DNA of 64,000 bases from Actinomycetota bacterium (GCA_009699575.1 WLNY01000001.1:2211-66210), one strand, 5' to 3'. Counted from the stretch's first letter, positions 48,622 through 58,953 are shown. Program-made: numbers and translations. The notes: generated by a model from the letters alone, not told the origin.

Positions 48622-49719
48622 TTATCGATCTATCTTTCCTGTAATGAAGTCCTCGACCTTATTATGGGCTTGCTCATCTGTGTACTGAACAGGTGGTGTC
48701 TTCATGAAATAGCTCGAAGGTGAGAGCAACGCTCCCCCGATCTTGCGATCAAGACCAATCTTTGCGCAACGAAGTGCGTCAATGATGACTCCTGCTGAGT
48801 TAGGTGAATCCCATACTTCGAGCTTATATTCCAAGTTCAATGGCACGTTGCCGAAGGCGCGTCCTTCTAAGCGAACATATGCCCACTTGCGATCATCGAG
48901 CCATGGAATGTAATCCGAAGGTCCGATGTGTACATTCTTCTCTCCCAAGTCATGCTCTAACTGAGAAGTGACAGAATTTGTCTTAGAAATCTTCTTTGAC
49001 TCTAGGCGATCGCGCTCGAGCATATTCTTGAAGTCCATATTTCCACCGACATTTAGTTGGTAGGTACGGTCTAGGTGAACGCCGCGATCCTGGAACAACT
49101 TAGCCATGATTCGGTGAGTAATTGTCGCGCCAACTTGGCTCTTGATGTCATCTCCCACAATTGGAAGACCTGCATCTTCAAACTTCTTTGCCCACACTGG
49201 GTCTGAAGCGATAAACACTGGTAGAGCATTCACAAAAGCACATCCAGCATCAATTGCGCATTGCGCATAGAACTTGGCAGCCTCTTCAGAACCCACAGGT
49301 AAGTAGCAAATAAGTACATCTACTTGCTCTTCCTTGAGTACTGCAACTACATCAACAGCAGGGGCGCTTGATTCGGTAATGGTCTCACGGTAGTAACGAC
49401 CAAGACCGTCAAGTGTTACTCCACGCTCAACAGTAATGCCAGTTGTAGCAACTTCGCTGAATTTAATTGTGTTGTTCTCGCTTGCCCAAATTGCATCGGC
49501 AAGGTCTAGGCCAACTTTTTTAACATCCACATCGAAAGCAGCAACGAACTTAACGTTGTTGATGTGGTAATTACCAACGACGGCATGCATGAGACCTGGG
49601 ATCTCTTGATCCACGGCAGCATCTTTGTAGTAGGTGACGCCCTGAACTAGAGAGTTGGCACAGTTTCCTACGCCAACAATTGCGACACGAATGTCGCCTT
49701 TACCTGTTGTGATTTTCAC
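48622..49719 (-). CDS. ino1: Myo-inositol-1-phosphate synthase
   Basis: [39 protein letters not shown] and WDSPNSAG motifs. Confidence 0.96.
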   Translation of the reverse strand: MKITTGKGDIRVAIVGVGNCANSLVQGVTYYKDAAVDQEIPGLMHAVVGNYHINNVKFVAAFDVDVKKVGLDLADAIWASENNTIKFSEVATTGITVERGVTLDGLGRYYRETITESSAPAVDVVAVLKEEQVDVLICYLPVGSEEAAKFYAQCAIDAGCAFVNALPVFIASDPVWAKKFEDAGLPIVGDDIKSQVGATITHRIMAKLFQDRGVHLDRTYQLNVGGNMDFKNMLERDRLESKKISKTNSVTSQLEHDLGEKNVHIGPSDYIPWLDDRKWAYVRLEGRAFGNVPLNLEYKLEVWDSPNSAGVIIDALRCAKIGLDRKIGGALLSPSSYFMKTPPVQYTDEQAHNKVEDFITGKIDR

Positions 49720-49720
49720 T

Positions 49721-50251
49721 CTATTTCCTCTCGGTTTTGATCATGTCTTCTAGCCAGTCGATCTCTCGCTGCGCTGATTCCAAAGAGTGACGTCGCCACT
49801 CTTCTAGGTACTTATCAATTCCCACAGCGGATTTCTCGAGCTCACCGCGAAGGATTTCTGCCTTCTCTTTCAACCGTCTATGACGGCCTTCCAGAATTCG
49901 TACTCTGTTCTTTTTTGATGTCGGACTAAAAAATGCAAAACGAATTTCGAATCCTTCGTCCTCCCACGTATCTGGGCTCACTGTTTCAGCCAAGGTGGAA
50001 AACTTTTTACTCCCTTTATCGGTGATTGCATAAACAATCCGCGAGCGCCTACTCGAATCAATTGATGCGGATTCCTCAATAAGTCCAGCAGTAGCCATAC
50101 GCTTTAGTTGAGGGTATAAAACGGAGAAAGAGAGAGCTTTAAAGGGGCCAAAAATTGTGCTCATTCGCTTACGAAGTTCATATCCGTGCAAAGGGCCTTG
50201 TGAGAGCAATCCAAGGAGTGCGAATTCAAGGGAGTCGCTACGTGAACGCAT
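49721..50251 (-). CDS. PadR family transcriptional regulator (ino1-associated)
   Basis: [24 protein letters not shown] and RVRILEGR motifs; start ATG 50251. Confidence 0.92.
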   Translation of the reverse strand: MRSRSDSLEFALLGLLSQGPLHGYELRKRMSTIFGPFKALSFSVLYPQLKRMATAGLIEESASIDSSRRSRIVYAITDKGSKKFSTLAETVSPDTWEDEGFEIRFAFFSPTSKKNRVRILEGRHRRLKEKAEILRGELEKSAVGIDKYLEEWRRHSLESAQREIDWLEDMIKTERK

Positions 50252-50315
50252 TAACGCTGCCCCCCTGATTCTAAAGAGCACGTAGTCATTCGAGTATGAA
50301 TGGTGCTATCGGATA

Positions 50316-50338
50316 ATATATCGAATGGATATATCGAA
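50316..50338. promoter_or_regulatory. Putative PadR operator
   Basis: ATATATC-gaatg-GATATAT inverted repeat (50316-50334) plus ATATATCGAA direct repeat at 13-bp period, upstream of padR-ino1. Confidence 0.5.
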
Positions 50339-50484
50339 CGCTATTCAAGCCGATATAGCAAATACGCGCAAGTTATACCTTTTTGGGCGTGGCGCGCGGA
50401 GAATTGAGATGTGAGTCATACCCTTAACTGACTTCCCTGTGCTCATATCGGCGTCTAGACGCCCCCTTTGGAAGGATTCCTTAT

Positions 50485-51741
50485 ATGTCCATGCTCTCTT
50501 GGAAGCTCCACGGAAACGGAAAAAATATAGCGCCTGGAAGCGTTGTCTCAACAGATGAACGCCTCACCTGGCCGCGCACTATTGGAGTGGGACTTCAACA
50601 TATTGCAGCGATGTTTGGGGCAACTTTCCTCGTACCCATCATTACTGGATTTCCTCCAACAACAACTCTCTTCTTTTCCGGAATCGGTACTCTGCTTTTC
50701 CTCATCCTGACAAAGAATCGAGTTCCAAGCTATCTCGGATCATCTTTTGCATTCCTTGCTCCCATTGCGGCGGCGAAATCAGGCGGCGGAATGTCGGCAG
50801 CGCTCGGCGGTGTTGTGGTTACTGGCGTGATTTTGGCACTAGTCGGATTGGCAGTTCGAGCAGCCGGTATTGGATGGGTCAATTGGTTATTGCCTCCCGT
50901 AGTAACAGGAACGATTGTCATGGTGATTGGTTTAAACCTGGCAGGTGCTGCAAAGAATAACTTTGTGGCCGGGCCGGTAGTTGGCGTCATCACCTTGGCT
51001 AGTATCGCGATTGTTTCTGCGGCCTCTCGCGGATTTCTCAATCGCATTAGCATTTTCGTAGGTTTAGTTATTGGTTATGTCTACGCCCTCATCGTTGGAG
51101 ATGTAAAAACTGATGGGATCACATCTGCCGGCTGGTTTGCGATTCCTGATTTCACAACCCCCACTTTTGACGCAAAAGCAATCGTCTTGTTCTTACCCGT
51201 CGTACTCGTTCTCATTGCAGAAAATGTAGGTCATGTGAAGGCAGTCTCTGCAATGACTGGAAAAAATCTCGATGACCAAATCGGTACTGCACTTATGGCC
51301 GATGGTCTTGCGACGACTCTTGCTGGAGCAGGTGGCGGATCTGGCACGACAACGTACGCCGAAAACATTGGTGTCATGGCAGCTACTCGGGTCTATTCCA
51401 CGGCTGCGTATTGGATTGCCGGAATAGGCGCAATCGTGCTTGCTCTCTCTCCAAAATTTGGCGCAGTTCTAAGTGCCACCCCTGTCGGCGCACTGGGCGG
51501 TGTTGGAGTCGCACTATTTGGCATGATCGGTGTCCTCGGTGCTCGCATCTGGATTGATGCTCGCGTTGATTTTGCGGATTCGAATAACTTAATCATTGCA
51601 GCCTCTGCGCTGATTATTGGAATATCTGATCTCTCATGGACACAAGGTGATTACACCTTTAGTGGAATTATCAACGCCACTCTTGTTGCCGTTATTGGAT
51701 ATCCAATTTTGAATGCAATTAGAAAATCTCGAGGCAACTAG
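50485..51741 (+). CDS. NCS2 uracil/xanthine permease
   Basis: GLQHIAAMFGAT, PSYLGSSFAF, PPVVTG, AENVGH and TTTYAENIGV (UraA-like NAT signature). Confidence 0.92.
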   Translation: MSMLSWKLHGNGKNIAPGSVVSTDERLTWPRTIGVGLQHIAAMFGATFLVPIITGFPPTTTLFFSGIGTLLFLILTKNRVPSYLGSSFAFLAPIAAAKSGGGMSAALGGVVVTGVILALVGLAVRAAGIGWVNWLLPPVVTGTIVMVIGLNLAGAAKNNFVAGPVVGVITLASIAIVSAASRGFLNRISIFVGLVIGYVYALIVGDVKTDGITSAGWFAIPDFTTPTFDAKAIVLFLPVVLVLIAENVGHVKAVSAMTGKNLDDQIGTALMADGLATTLAGAGGGSGTTTYAENIGVMAATRVYSTAAYWIAGIGAIVLALSPKFGAVLSATPVGALGGVGVALFGMIGVLGARIWIDARVDFADSNNLIIAASALIIGISDLSWTQGDYTFSGIINATLVAVIGYPILNAIRKSRGN

Positions 51742-51755
51742 TTTAGTATTACCAC

Positions 51756-52406
51756 ATGGTGATTCCATCGCGGCTCCTTGAATACATTGTTGCCGCGATG
51801 GTAATCATTATCGCTCCTGGCCCAAGTGTTCTATTTGTTATAGGACGTGCCATCGCATGGGGGCGAAAAATCGCAGTGTTAACTGTTGCTGGAAACGTCA
51901 CCGGATCTTTTTTTCTATCAACCCTGGTGGCCTTTGGCTTGGGGCCAATATTGGCTCGATCAGATTTTGCATATGCATCCGTGCAATGGGGCGGTGGGCT
52001 TTATTTAGTGTATTTAGGAATTGATGCAATTCGACATCGTTCAATTCATGCAGCTGATATGACAAATCAGGGCGGTGGAATACCTTCGGCCTTTAAATGC
52101 ATTCGAGATGGCTTCTGGGTAGGCGCGCTCAATCCTAAAGCGATTGTTTTTTATGCAGCCATTGTGCCTCAATTTGTGGATCGCGATCGAGGAAGTGTGA
52201 CTGCGCAATTGATTTTCCTTGGCGCAGTTTTCTCGATTCTTGCCTTTATCTCTGATGGCACGTGGGGGCTTCTCGCTGGAACTGCTCGCGATTGGTTGGC
52301 CAGTGATGCAAAAAAACTGGAAAAACTCCGCGCCATCGGTGGATCCGTAATGGTCGTTTTAGGCTTTTCCATTATTGCCTTTGCGCTGCGAGATGCACTT
52401 CAATAA
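51756..52406 (+). CDS. LysE/RhtB family exporter
   Basis: PGPSVLFVI, YLVYLG and LNPKAIVFY motifs. Confidence 0.9.
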   Translation: MVIPSRLLEYIVAAMVIIIAPGPSVLFVIGRAIAWGRKIAVLTVAGNVTGSFFLSTLVAFGLGPILARSDFAYASVQWGGGLYLVYLGIDAIRHRSIHAADMTNQGGGIPSAFKCIRDGFWVGALNPKAIVFYAAIVPQFVDRDRGSVTAQLIFLGAVFSILAFISDGTWGLLAGTARDWLASDAKKLEKLRAIGGSVMVVLGFSIIAFALRDALQ

Positions 52407-52435
52407 ATGTCAGGTGAATGGGGCAGACTAGTGTT

Positions 52436-53116
52436 ATGAGAAAACCCCTTACTCCGGCTCGTGAATTCATTTCCCCTTCAGATTTAACTTTTGGACTTTC
52501 CACATGCTCTCGATGCCTATGGATTAAGTATTGGTTCAAAGTCACTATGCCAGGTGCATTCCCACTAGTTGGAACTCTGGCAGATTTACAGGAGAAGCAT
52601 TTTCGCGGCGCCTCTATGACTGATATCGATTCATCGTTAAAAGAAGGCACGGTGACCAAGTGGGGTGAATGGGTAAAAAGTACTCCCCTGATAGTAAATG
52701 GTGAGTCAACAAGGTGGCGGATTCTTGGCAAGTACGATCTTGTTGCGCACAATACGGATGGAACACTTGCTCTCATTGATTGCAAAGTTTCAGATAGCAC
52801 AAGAGATAGCGCTCAGTTTTACGCACCTCAATTAGAAGCGTACGCACACAGCTTAGAATCCCCTGCGACAGGAAAACCCGCACATGTTGCAAGTATGGGT
52901 TTGCTGGTCTGGAACCCTGAAGAAGGTTTCTCCGATGGAGAGCGACATGGATTTCTCGCCGGGCAAAAATATTTACCGGTAGAGCGAGATCACACTCAAT
53001 TTGCCAAAGTAATTGAAAATCTAATTACTGTTCTTGAAGGCGAACTGCCTGAATCAGGTCCCACATGTGCCACCTGTAACTACTTGATCGAACGAGCACG
53101 ATTGGATGTACTTTAA
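52436..53116 (+). CDS. Stand-alone PD-(D/E)XK nuclease (RecB/Cas4-like)
   Basis: ISPSDL..CxxC, GKYDLV, LIDCK, QLEAY and C-terminal CATC; start 52436 or 52418. Confidence 0.8.
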   Translation: MRKPLTPAREFISPSDLTFGLSTCSRCLWIKYWFKVTMPGAFPLVGTLADLQEKHFRGASMTDIDSSLKEGTVTKWGEWVKSTPLIVNGESTRWRILGKYDLVAHNTDGTLALIDCKVSDSTRDSAQFYAPQLEAYAHSLESPATGKPAHVASMGLLVWNPEEGFSDGERHGFLAGQKYLPVERDHTQFAKVIENLITVLEGELPESGPTCATCNYLIERARLDVL

Positions 53117-53799
53117 TCGTTCTCATCTTGTAAATAGTTTTTTGCTTTGCTTGCATAAATATCAACATACTCTTGACCCGAAAGCTCTTGTATCTTCTTC
53201 ATGAGTTGGTCTGTGCAATCTCTCAGATGAAGTAGGTTCGAAGAGTCGCCTTCGAAATACATTGGTTCTCCGAAAATCATTTTGACTCGCATGATTTTTG
53301 GAACTACCGTGCCGGCAGGCTGAATCTTCTCGGTGTTAAACATGGCAACTGGGATTATCGGAGCACCAGATTCGATTGCTAAGCGAGCAATACCGGTGCG
53401 TCCTTTGTATAAACGCCCATCAGGTGAGCGTGTGCCCTCGGGATATATCCCAAGGCAATCTCCATCAGCGAGAATCTTTAATCCAGTTATGAGAGCGGCT
53501 TCGCTTCGTCGACCGCCAGATCGATCAACTGGAACTTGACCTAAGGCAATGAAAGTTAATTTCTTAAGCAATCCCTTGGCTCCAGGGGAAGTGAAATATT
53601 CGCTTTTGGCTAGAAAAGTCACTTTCCGAGGAACGACAAGGGGCATGAAAATCGAGTCGCTGAAAGAAAGATGGTTGGAAGCGATGATTACCGGTCCTGT
53701 TGCAGGTACATTTCTTAATCCCTTTACCTTCGGGCGAAAGGCAAGCATTAAAAAGGGGGTAAGAAAAGCCCTCAAGGCACCATAAGGCAAGTTGTTCAT
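53113..53799 (-). CDS. 1-acyl-sn-glycerol-3-phosphate acyltransferase (PlsC family)
   Basis: NHLSFSD, AKSEYF and YPEGTRSPDGRLY motifs. Confidence 0.93.
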   Translation of the reverse strand: MNNLPYGALRAFLTPFLMLAFRPKVKGLRNVPATGPVIIASNHLSFSDSIFMPLVVPRKVTFLAKSEYFTSPGAKGLLKKLTFIALGQVPVDRSGGRRSEAALITGLKILADGDCLGIYPEGTRSPDGRLYKGRTGIARLAIESGAPIIPVAMFNTEKIQPAGTVVPKIMRVKMIFGEPMYFEGDSSNLLHLRDCTDQLMKKIQELSGQEYVDIYASKAKNYLQDEND

Positions 53800-53884
53800 G
53801 CTGGCACCCTTTCATCTCGTGGAGCAAAGCTATAGGTAGGGGTTTAATTTAGTGCAAAAGAGCGCTCTATGACACTATTTGAGC

Positions 53885-54157
53885 GTGAGCGATACCCCAA
53901 GAGAGCCCAGTGAAGATGAGAAAGATCTCATCAATGCCGAATTTGAATCAATGGTCGCTGGACTTTCGTTGGATGAATCATCTCCAACAACATACCTAGA
54001 TGAACTCGATGCCAGAGCGCGCGAAATTGATCACAACCATTTTGAAGAACCGCACCCAAAACCAGTCGGTTTCAAAAATTTTTTCAGATTAGCAAAAAGT
54101 GCCATCATTCGATGGAAGAGTGGCAAGAGCTCGCATGACGATGGAGTCGAATTATGA
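53885..54157 (+). CDS. Hypothetical acidic protein
   Basis: ORF fills the gap, ATGA overlap with the next gene; INAEFESMVA...DDGVEL resembles small actinobacterial proteins found near plsC/glk. Confidence 0.6.
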   Translation: MSDTPREPSEDEKDLINAEFESMVAGLSLDESSPTTYLDELDARAREIDHNHFEEPHPKPVGFKNFFRLAKSAIIRWKSGKSSHDDGVEL

Positions 54158-55140
54158 GTGAAGAATTTCGTTGGGGAATATTAGGAACAGGTGGCATCGC
54201 AAAAGCATTTGCCCGCGATCTTTCATACCTCAATAGCCATGTTGTCGCTGCTGTTGGTTCACGATCACTTGAATCTGCCAATAATTTCGCCATTGAATTT
54301 TCTTCATGTAAAACATATTCAAGTTATGAAGATTTGGTTTCTGATCCAACTCTCGACGCAATTTACATAGCGGTACCACACCCATTTCATGCCAGTGCTT
54401 CCATTTTAGCTCTTAACGCAGGAAAGCCAGTCCTATGTGAGAAGCCTTTCACAGTTAATTCCAGTGAAGCTCAGAGCGTTGTGGAAGCGGCGATCGAAAA
54501 TGATGTTGCGCTCATGGAAGCCATGTGGATGCGCTTCTTGCCTCACATAAATGAAGTACGTTCAATTGTTGCCAGCGGAATTCTTGGCCAAATTATTTCC
54601 GTCACTGCCGATCACGGTCAACGACTCGCAGATCAAGGTATCGATCGACTTACCAACCCTCAGTTAGCTGGCGGAGCGCTTCTGGATCTAGGAATTTATC
54701 CCGTGTCATTTGCTCACATGGTTCTCGGTGTTCCAGAGAAAATTACTGCGACTGCAATGCTCACTGAAAAAGGTGTGGACGCTGCGACATCTATGATTTT
54801 TGATTACAAACAAGGGGCGCAAGCGGTTCTCACAACAACTATGGATGCGCAAACTCCATGTCGAGCGGTAATAAGCGGCGTAAATGGATGGTTAGAAATC
54901 GACAGAACTTTCTATCAACCCTCGCCTATGCGCGTATTTCATTACGATGGCACGATTACGGAGTATCCAAGCGTGTACAAAGGACATGGATTGCGCGAGC
55001 AAGCAATTGAATTTGCTCGAGTGATTCGAAGCGGAGAGAAGGAATCCCCGCTTTTGAGCAATAAGGAATCTCTAGAAATTATGGCCATGATGGATGAGAT
55101 CCGCTCGCAAATTGGCCTGAAGTACCCCTTTGAAAATTAA
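54154..55140 (+). CDS. Gfo/Idh/MocA family oxidoreductase
   Basis: WGILGTGGIA, LCEKP, MEAMW and GGALLDLGIY motifs. Confidence 0.92.
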   Translation: MSEEFRWGILGTGGIAKAFARDLSYLNSHVVAAVGSRSLESANNFAIEFSSCKTYSSYEDLVSDPTLDAIYIAVPHPFHASASILALNAGKPVLCEKPFTVNSSEAQSVVEAAIENDVALMEAMWMRFLPHINEVRSIVASGILGQIISVTADHGQRLADQGIDRLTNPQLAGGALLDLGIYPVSFAHMVLGVPEKITATAMLTEKGVDAATSMIFDYKQGAQAVLTTTMDAQTPCRAVISGVNGWLEIDRTFYQPSPMRVFHYDGTITEYPSVYKGHGLREQAIEFARVIRSGEKESPLLSNKESLEIMAMMDEIRSQIGLKYPFEN

Positions 55141-56081
55141 GTTCTAGCGAGGTCGGCGACGCCTACAAGCCCTGCTTGATTTCCAAGGGCTGCTGCAATT
55201 ATTTGTGGGTATGGATGTTTTCCAGCGAATGGCATAGTACGAACGACTGCCTCTCTCGTAGGTGCAAGCAATATTTCTCCAGCATCTATTACTCCCCCGC
55301 CAATGACGACGCATGCAGGGTCTAGCAAAACGCTCAGAGATGAAATGCCTGCACCAAGCCATTGCGCCGTTGTATTAAAGGCAGCCAGAGCAACTGGATC
55401 TCCCCCACGTGCAGCCTCGGTAATGGCGCTACCTGTAAGACCATCAATGGTGCCATCACCTAAGGAAAGTAAATTGCGGGCAATTTCAGGGCTTGCAGCT
55501 ATCGCTTCACGCGCGTGTCTTAGAAGTGCGTTACCAGATGCATACTGCTCGAAACAACCTCGCGCGCCACAACCGCACACATGTCCATCTGGAACAACTC
55601 GCAAATGGCCAAACTCTGCGGCAATTCCAAATGCACCTCGATAAAGGTTTCCATTAACAACGATTCCGCCACCGATACCTGTTCCAATTGTGAGCATCAT
55701 TAAATGATTGTGTCCGCGGCCCGCACCAAACTTTGCTTCGCCCCATGCTGCAGCATTGGCATCATTTTCCACAACAACAGGTAAACCAATTAATTTCGTT
55801 AATTGAGAATCGAGTTCGACACCATTCCAATCAGCAATATTTGGAGTAGCAAGCATTGTCTTTCGATCTGACGATACAAAACCTGCAGCAGAGACACCTA
55901 CTGCGCTCACTTCATGGCTTTTCATCAGCTCAAGTGCCACATCGGCTATGGTCTGCGTGAGAACGGGGCCGCCTTGGCGCGGCGTTTCTCGTCTTGCTTG
56001 GGCTACTACATTCCCAAGTGAATCAACTACACCGCCAAGAACTTTTGTTCCACCGACATCTATTCCAATTGTAAAACTCAT
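55137..56081 (-). CDS. glkA: ROK family glucokinase
   Basis: GIDVGGTK, ENDANAAAWGE, GTGIGGG, EFGH and CGCGARGCFEQYASG motifs. Confidence 0.92.
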   Translation of the reverse strand: MSFTIGIDVGGTKVLGGVVDSLGNVVAQARRETPRQGGPVLTQTIADVALELMKSHEVSAVGVSAAGFVSSDRKTMLATPNIADWNGVELDSQLTKLIGLPVVVENDANAAAWGEAKFGAGRGHNHLMMLTIGTGIGGGIVVNGNLYRGAFGIAAEFGHLRVVPDGHVCGCGARGCFEQYASGNALLRHAREAIAASPEIARNLLSLGDGTIDGLTGSAITEAARGGDPVALAAFNTTAQWLGAGISSLSVLLDPACVVIGGGVIDAGEILLAPTREAVVRTMPFAGKHPYPQIIAAALGNQAGLVGVADLART

Positions 56082-56089
56082 ACGCTCTT

Positions 56090-56527
56090 TTATTTTTCTA
56101 GATGTTCTTTTAGCTGTGAGAGCGCCTGTTCAATTGTTGCCTTCTCGGCCTTCTGGCGCATCATCGCTGGAATTGGCATCGACACATCTACGCCCAAGTT
56201 ATACGTCACAAGAGTTGAATCTTCATCAACTGACTTAATTTCATAGGAGCCATTCATGGCTGTCAAAAGGTCTGCATCCTCCATCGAAAACTCCAGAGAA
56301 TTAGGAGCCTTGCTCCAGTCATAGGTCAAGACAACTCTGTCCTTGAGCATCCCGGCATCAATAGTGGTTTTCGCACTCGTTGCCCGACCCTGGTCGTCGC
56401 TAGAAAGTATTTCGACCTTCTTGATCGCAGTAGACCAAGACGGGTAGCCAGCTAGGTCAAATAGACATGCCTGAACCTGGGCTATAGGGGCATCGATTGT
56501 GATCTTTCCCGAACTTAATTCACTCAT
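56090..56527 (-). CDS. SRPBCC (START-like/cyclase) family protein
   Basis: IDAP, YPSW, DAGMLKD and GSYEI segments; start ATG 56527 (TAGCCT 7 nt upstream), not 56905. Confidence 0.85.
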   Translation of the reverse strand: MSELSSGKITIDAPIAQVQACLFDLAGYPSWSTAIKKVEILSSDDQGRATSAKTTIDAGMLKDRVVLTYDWSKAPNSLEFSMEDADLLTAMNGSYEIKSVDEDSTLVTYNLGVDVSMPIPAMMRQKAEKATIEQALSQLKEHLEK

Positions 56528-56581
56528 AGAACACAGGCTACCCTCTTCCATAAAGTTCGCCTGCACGACTAGCGTTGCGCC

Positions 56582-58372
56582 ATGAATGAAATCTCGATCC
56601 CGGCCCTTGTGCCTACTGCCACCGCTGGAAACCTCACAAATTTGGTAGCCGAACGTGCCTGGTTTGAACCAGAACGCATCATGCTCTCGCGCCCACTCGG
56701 TGATGGATGGCAACCTGTCACTGCACGTGAATTTGAATCGGAGGTACGCGCAACGGCTAAAGGTCTCATCGCCGCGGGAATAAACATCGGTGATCGAGTA
56801 GCCATCATGGCGCGCACGCGATACGAATGGACCATTCTTGATTTTGCAATTTGGTATGCCGGCGGATGTGTTGTCCCGATTTTTGATACTTCCTCGGCAG
56901 AGCAAATTGATTGGATTCTCAATGATTCCGGTTCGGTTGGATTAATAGTTGAAACACCAGCAATGAAAGAACTCGTGTCTACCGTATTGCCTTCACATAC
57001 AAGTCATGTGTGGGTTATGACAGAGAATATTCTTTCCCTACTTGCAGATGCTGGCTCTCATATTAGCGATGAAGAGATTGATAATCGTCGAAGAGCATTA
57101 CTGCCTGACACTCTTGCCACTTTGATTTACACCTCCGGAACAACAGGTAAACCGAAAGGCGTGCAACTAACGCATAGTAATTTCTTATCCGAATGCGGAA
57201 ATGTTGTTCAAGGCGCTAATGACCTTTTCCTTAAACCCGGTGGCTCAACACTTCTCTTCCTTCCAGTTGCTCACGTATTTGGCCGGATGGTTCAAATTGG
57301 CGCAGTTGCTGCAGGGTTACATATGGCTCACTGCAGTGATCCAGTGGGCCGTTTGCCTCACGATCTCGCCTCGTTTAAACCAACTTTCGTGCTGGCAGTT
57401 CCTCGTATATTTGAAAAAGTGTATAACGGAGCTGAAGCCCGCGCAGATGCAGCAGGTAAAGGAAAGATTTTCAGAAAAGCCGCCGGTATCGCTGTTGCAT
57501 ATAGCGAGGCTCTCGATAAAGGCCGAATTTCTCCCTTACTACGAGTTCAACATGCGCTCTTTGACAAATTAGTTTTTTCAAAAATTAGACAGGGACTTGG
57601 TGGTCGAGTAGAAAACGCAATCTCTGGTGGCGCGCCACTTGGCGCACGCCTTGGTCACTTCTATCGTGGAGCAGGAATAACAATTCTTGAAGGGTACGGT
57701 CTTACTGAAACAACGGCCGGTGCAACGTTAAATCTCACAGATCATTTAAGAATTGGATCCGTTGGTCGACCAATCCCGGGCACAACAGTGAAGATTGCCG
57801 ATGATGGCGAGGTCCTCATAAAGGGTCCAATCGTCATGCGCGGATATTGGCAAAATGATGTCGCCAATTCTGAAACATTTTCCGAAGGCCATTGGTTCCA
57901 CTCGGGTGACCTTGGTCGTATTGATGAAGATGGTTATCTCTTCATAGTTGGGCGCAAGAAAGAGTTAATCGTGACTGCAGGTGGCAAAAATGTCGCTCCT
58001 GCAGTTTTGGAGGATCGATTGCGCGCACATCCACTTGTTAGCCAGTGCATGGTTGTTGGAGATAACCAACCCTTTATTGCAGCTTTGGTCACCATTGATC
58101 AAGAAGCGCTCAAGACGTGGGTTGCAGCCAATAAAAAGGAAGGCGCATCCATGATCGATTTATCTAAGGATCCTGATCTCATCGCAGTTATCCAAACCGC
58201 TGTCGATAGTGCGAATAAAGCTGTGAGTCGCGCTGAATCAATTAGAAAATTCACGATTCTTCCAACTGACTTCACAATTGCGGCAGGACATCTCACCGCA
58301 AAATTCTCAATCAAGCGACATGTCATCGCTCAAGAATTCGCACCACAAATAGAAGAGCTATTTACCAAGTAG
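56582..58372 (+). CDS. fadD: Long-chain fatty acid-CoA ligase (FadD15-like)
   Basis: YTSGTTGKPKG, EGYGLTET, HSGDLG and GRKKELIVTAGGKNVAP motifs. Confidence 0.93.
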   Translation: MNEISIPALVPTATAGNLTNLVAERAWFEPERIMLSRPLGDGWQPVTAREFESEVRATAKGLIAAGINIGDRVAIMARTRYEWTILDFAIWYAGGCVVPIFDTSSAEQIDWILNDSGSVGLIVETPAMKELVSTVLPSHTSHVWVMTENILSLLADAGSHISDEEIDNRRRALLPDTLATLIYTSGTTGKPKGVQLTHSNFLSECGNVVQGANDLFLKPGGSTLLFLPVAHVFGRMVQIGAVAAGLHMAHCSDPVGRLPHDLASFKPTFVLAVPRIFEKVYNGAEARADAAGKGKIFRKAAGIAVAYSEALDKGRISPLLRVQHALFDKLVFSKIRQGLGGRVENAISGGAPLGARLGHFYRGAGITILEGYGLTETTAGATLNLTDHLRIGSVGRPIPGTTVKIADDGEVLIKGPIVMRGYWQNDVANSETFSEGHWFHSGDLGRIDEDGYLFIVGRKKELIVTAGGKNVAPAVLEDRLRAHPLVSQCMVVGDNQPFIAALVTIDQEALKTWVAANKKEGASMIDLSKDPDLIAVIQTAVDSANKAVSRAESIRKFTILPTDFTIAAGHLTAKFSIKRHVIAQEFAPQIEELFTK

Positions 58373-58377
58373 ACCTC

Positions 58378-58953
58378 ATGCCACACTCTGAGCGAGTACG
58401 GCTTGCGCAAGAACTCCATGATGGACTGGCACAAGAGCTAGTCAGTATTGGATACTCGATTGATCTCATCCTTGGCGCGCCAGATACTCCCGCTCAGACA
58501 CGAACAGATTTGCGCACCCTTCGTTTCAGCGTGACCGACCTCATTTCTCACGTACGCACAGAAATTTTCAATTTGCGTTCCCAAGATGTTGAAGGACAAC
58601 TGCGCGCGCTCGCTGACTCAGTCTCTCACATTTGCGCAGATCGATTAGGGGTATTAGATATTAGCCCTATTGAGATTTCAGGCTCGGTATGTCAGGAGAT
58701 CTGCAAAATCGCTTTAGAGCTTGTGAGAAATTCACTCAAACATTCTGGTGCTACCGCTATAGACCTCTCCCTTAATCAAAGTGATGATCTCATTATGCTG
58801 CGAGTGAGTGATAACGGGAACGGAAAGAGTGTAAATACCCTTGAGGGATTTGGACTACAAGGGGTGAGAGAAAGATGCTTGACTATTGATGGCAATCTTT
58901 CTTTGATTACCTGCGATTCGGGAACAGAAGTATCTCTTGAATTGCATTCGTGA
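58378..58953 (+). CDS. Histidine kinase (HisKA_3 + HATPase only, no sensor domain)
   Basis: ERVRLAQELHDGLAQ H-box at residues 5-19, ELVRNSLKHS N-box, DNGNG, GFGLQGVRER. Confidence 0.85.
   Translation: MPHSERVRLAQELHDGLAQELVSIGYSIDLILGAPDTPAQTRTDLRTLRFSVTDLISHVRTEIFNLRSQDVEGQLRALADSVSHICADRLGVLDISPIEISGSVCQEICKIALELVRNSLKHSGATAIDLSLNQSDDLIMLRVSDNGNGKSVNTLEGFGLQGVRERCLTIDGNLSLITCDSGTEVSLELHS

Noticed and set aside
50361-50484. PyrR attenuator or purine riboswitch upstream of the NCS2 permease
   Set aside because: No AGUCC..GAGGCU PyrR loop, purine aptamer core or terminator visible.
52407-53116. CRISPR-Cas locus around the Cas4-like gene
   Set aside because: No repeat-spacer array or other cas genes seen anywhere in the window.
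56528-56905. N-terminal extension of the SRPBCC ORF in the track
   Set aside because: Overlaps fadD on the opposite strand; a -10 element supports the start at 56527.
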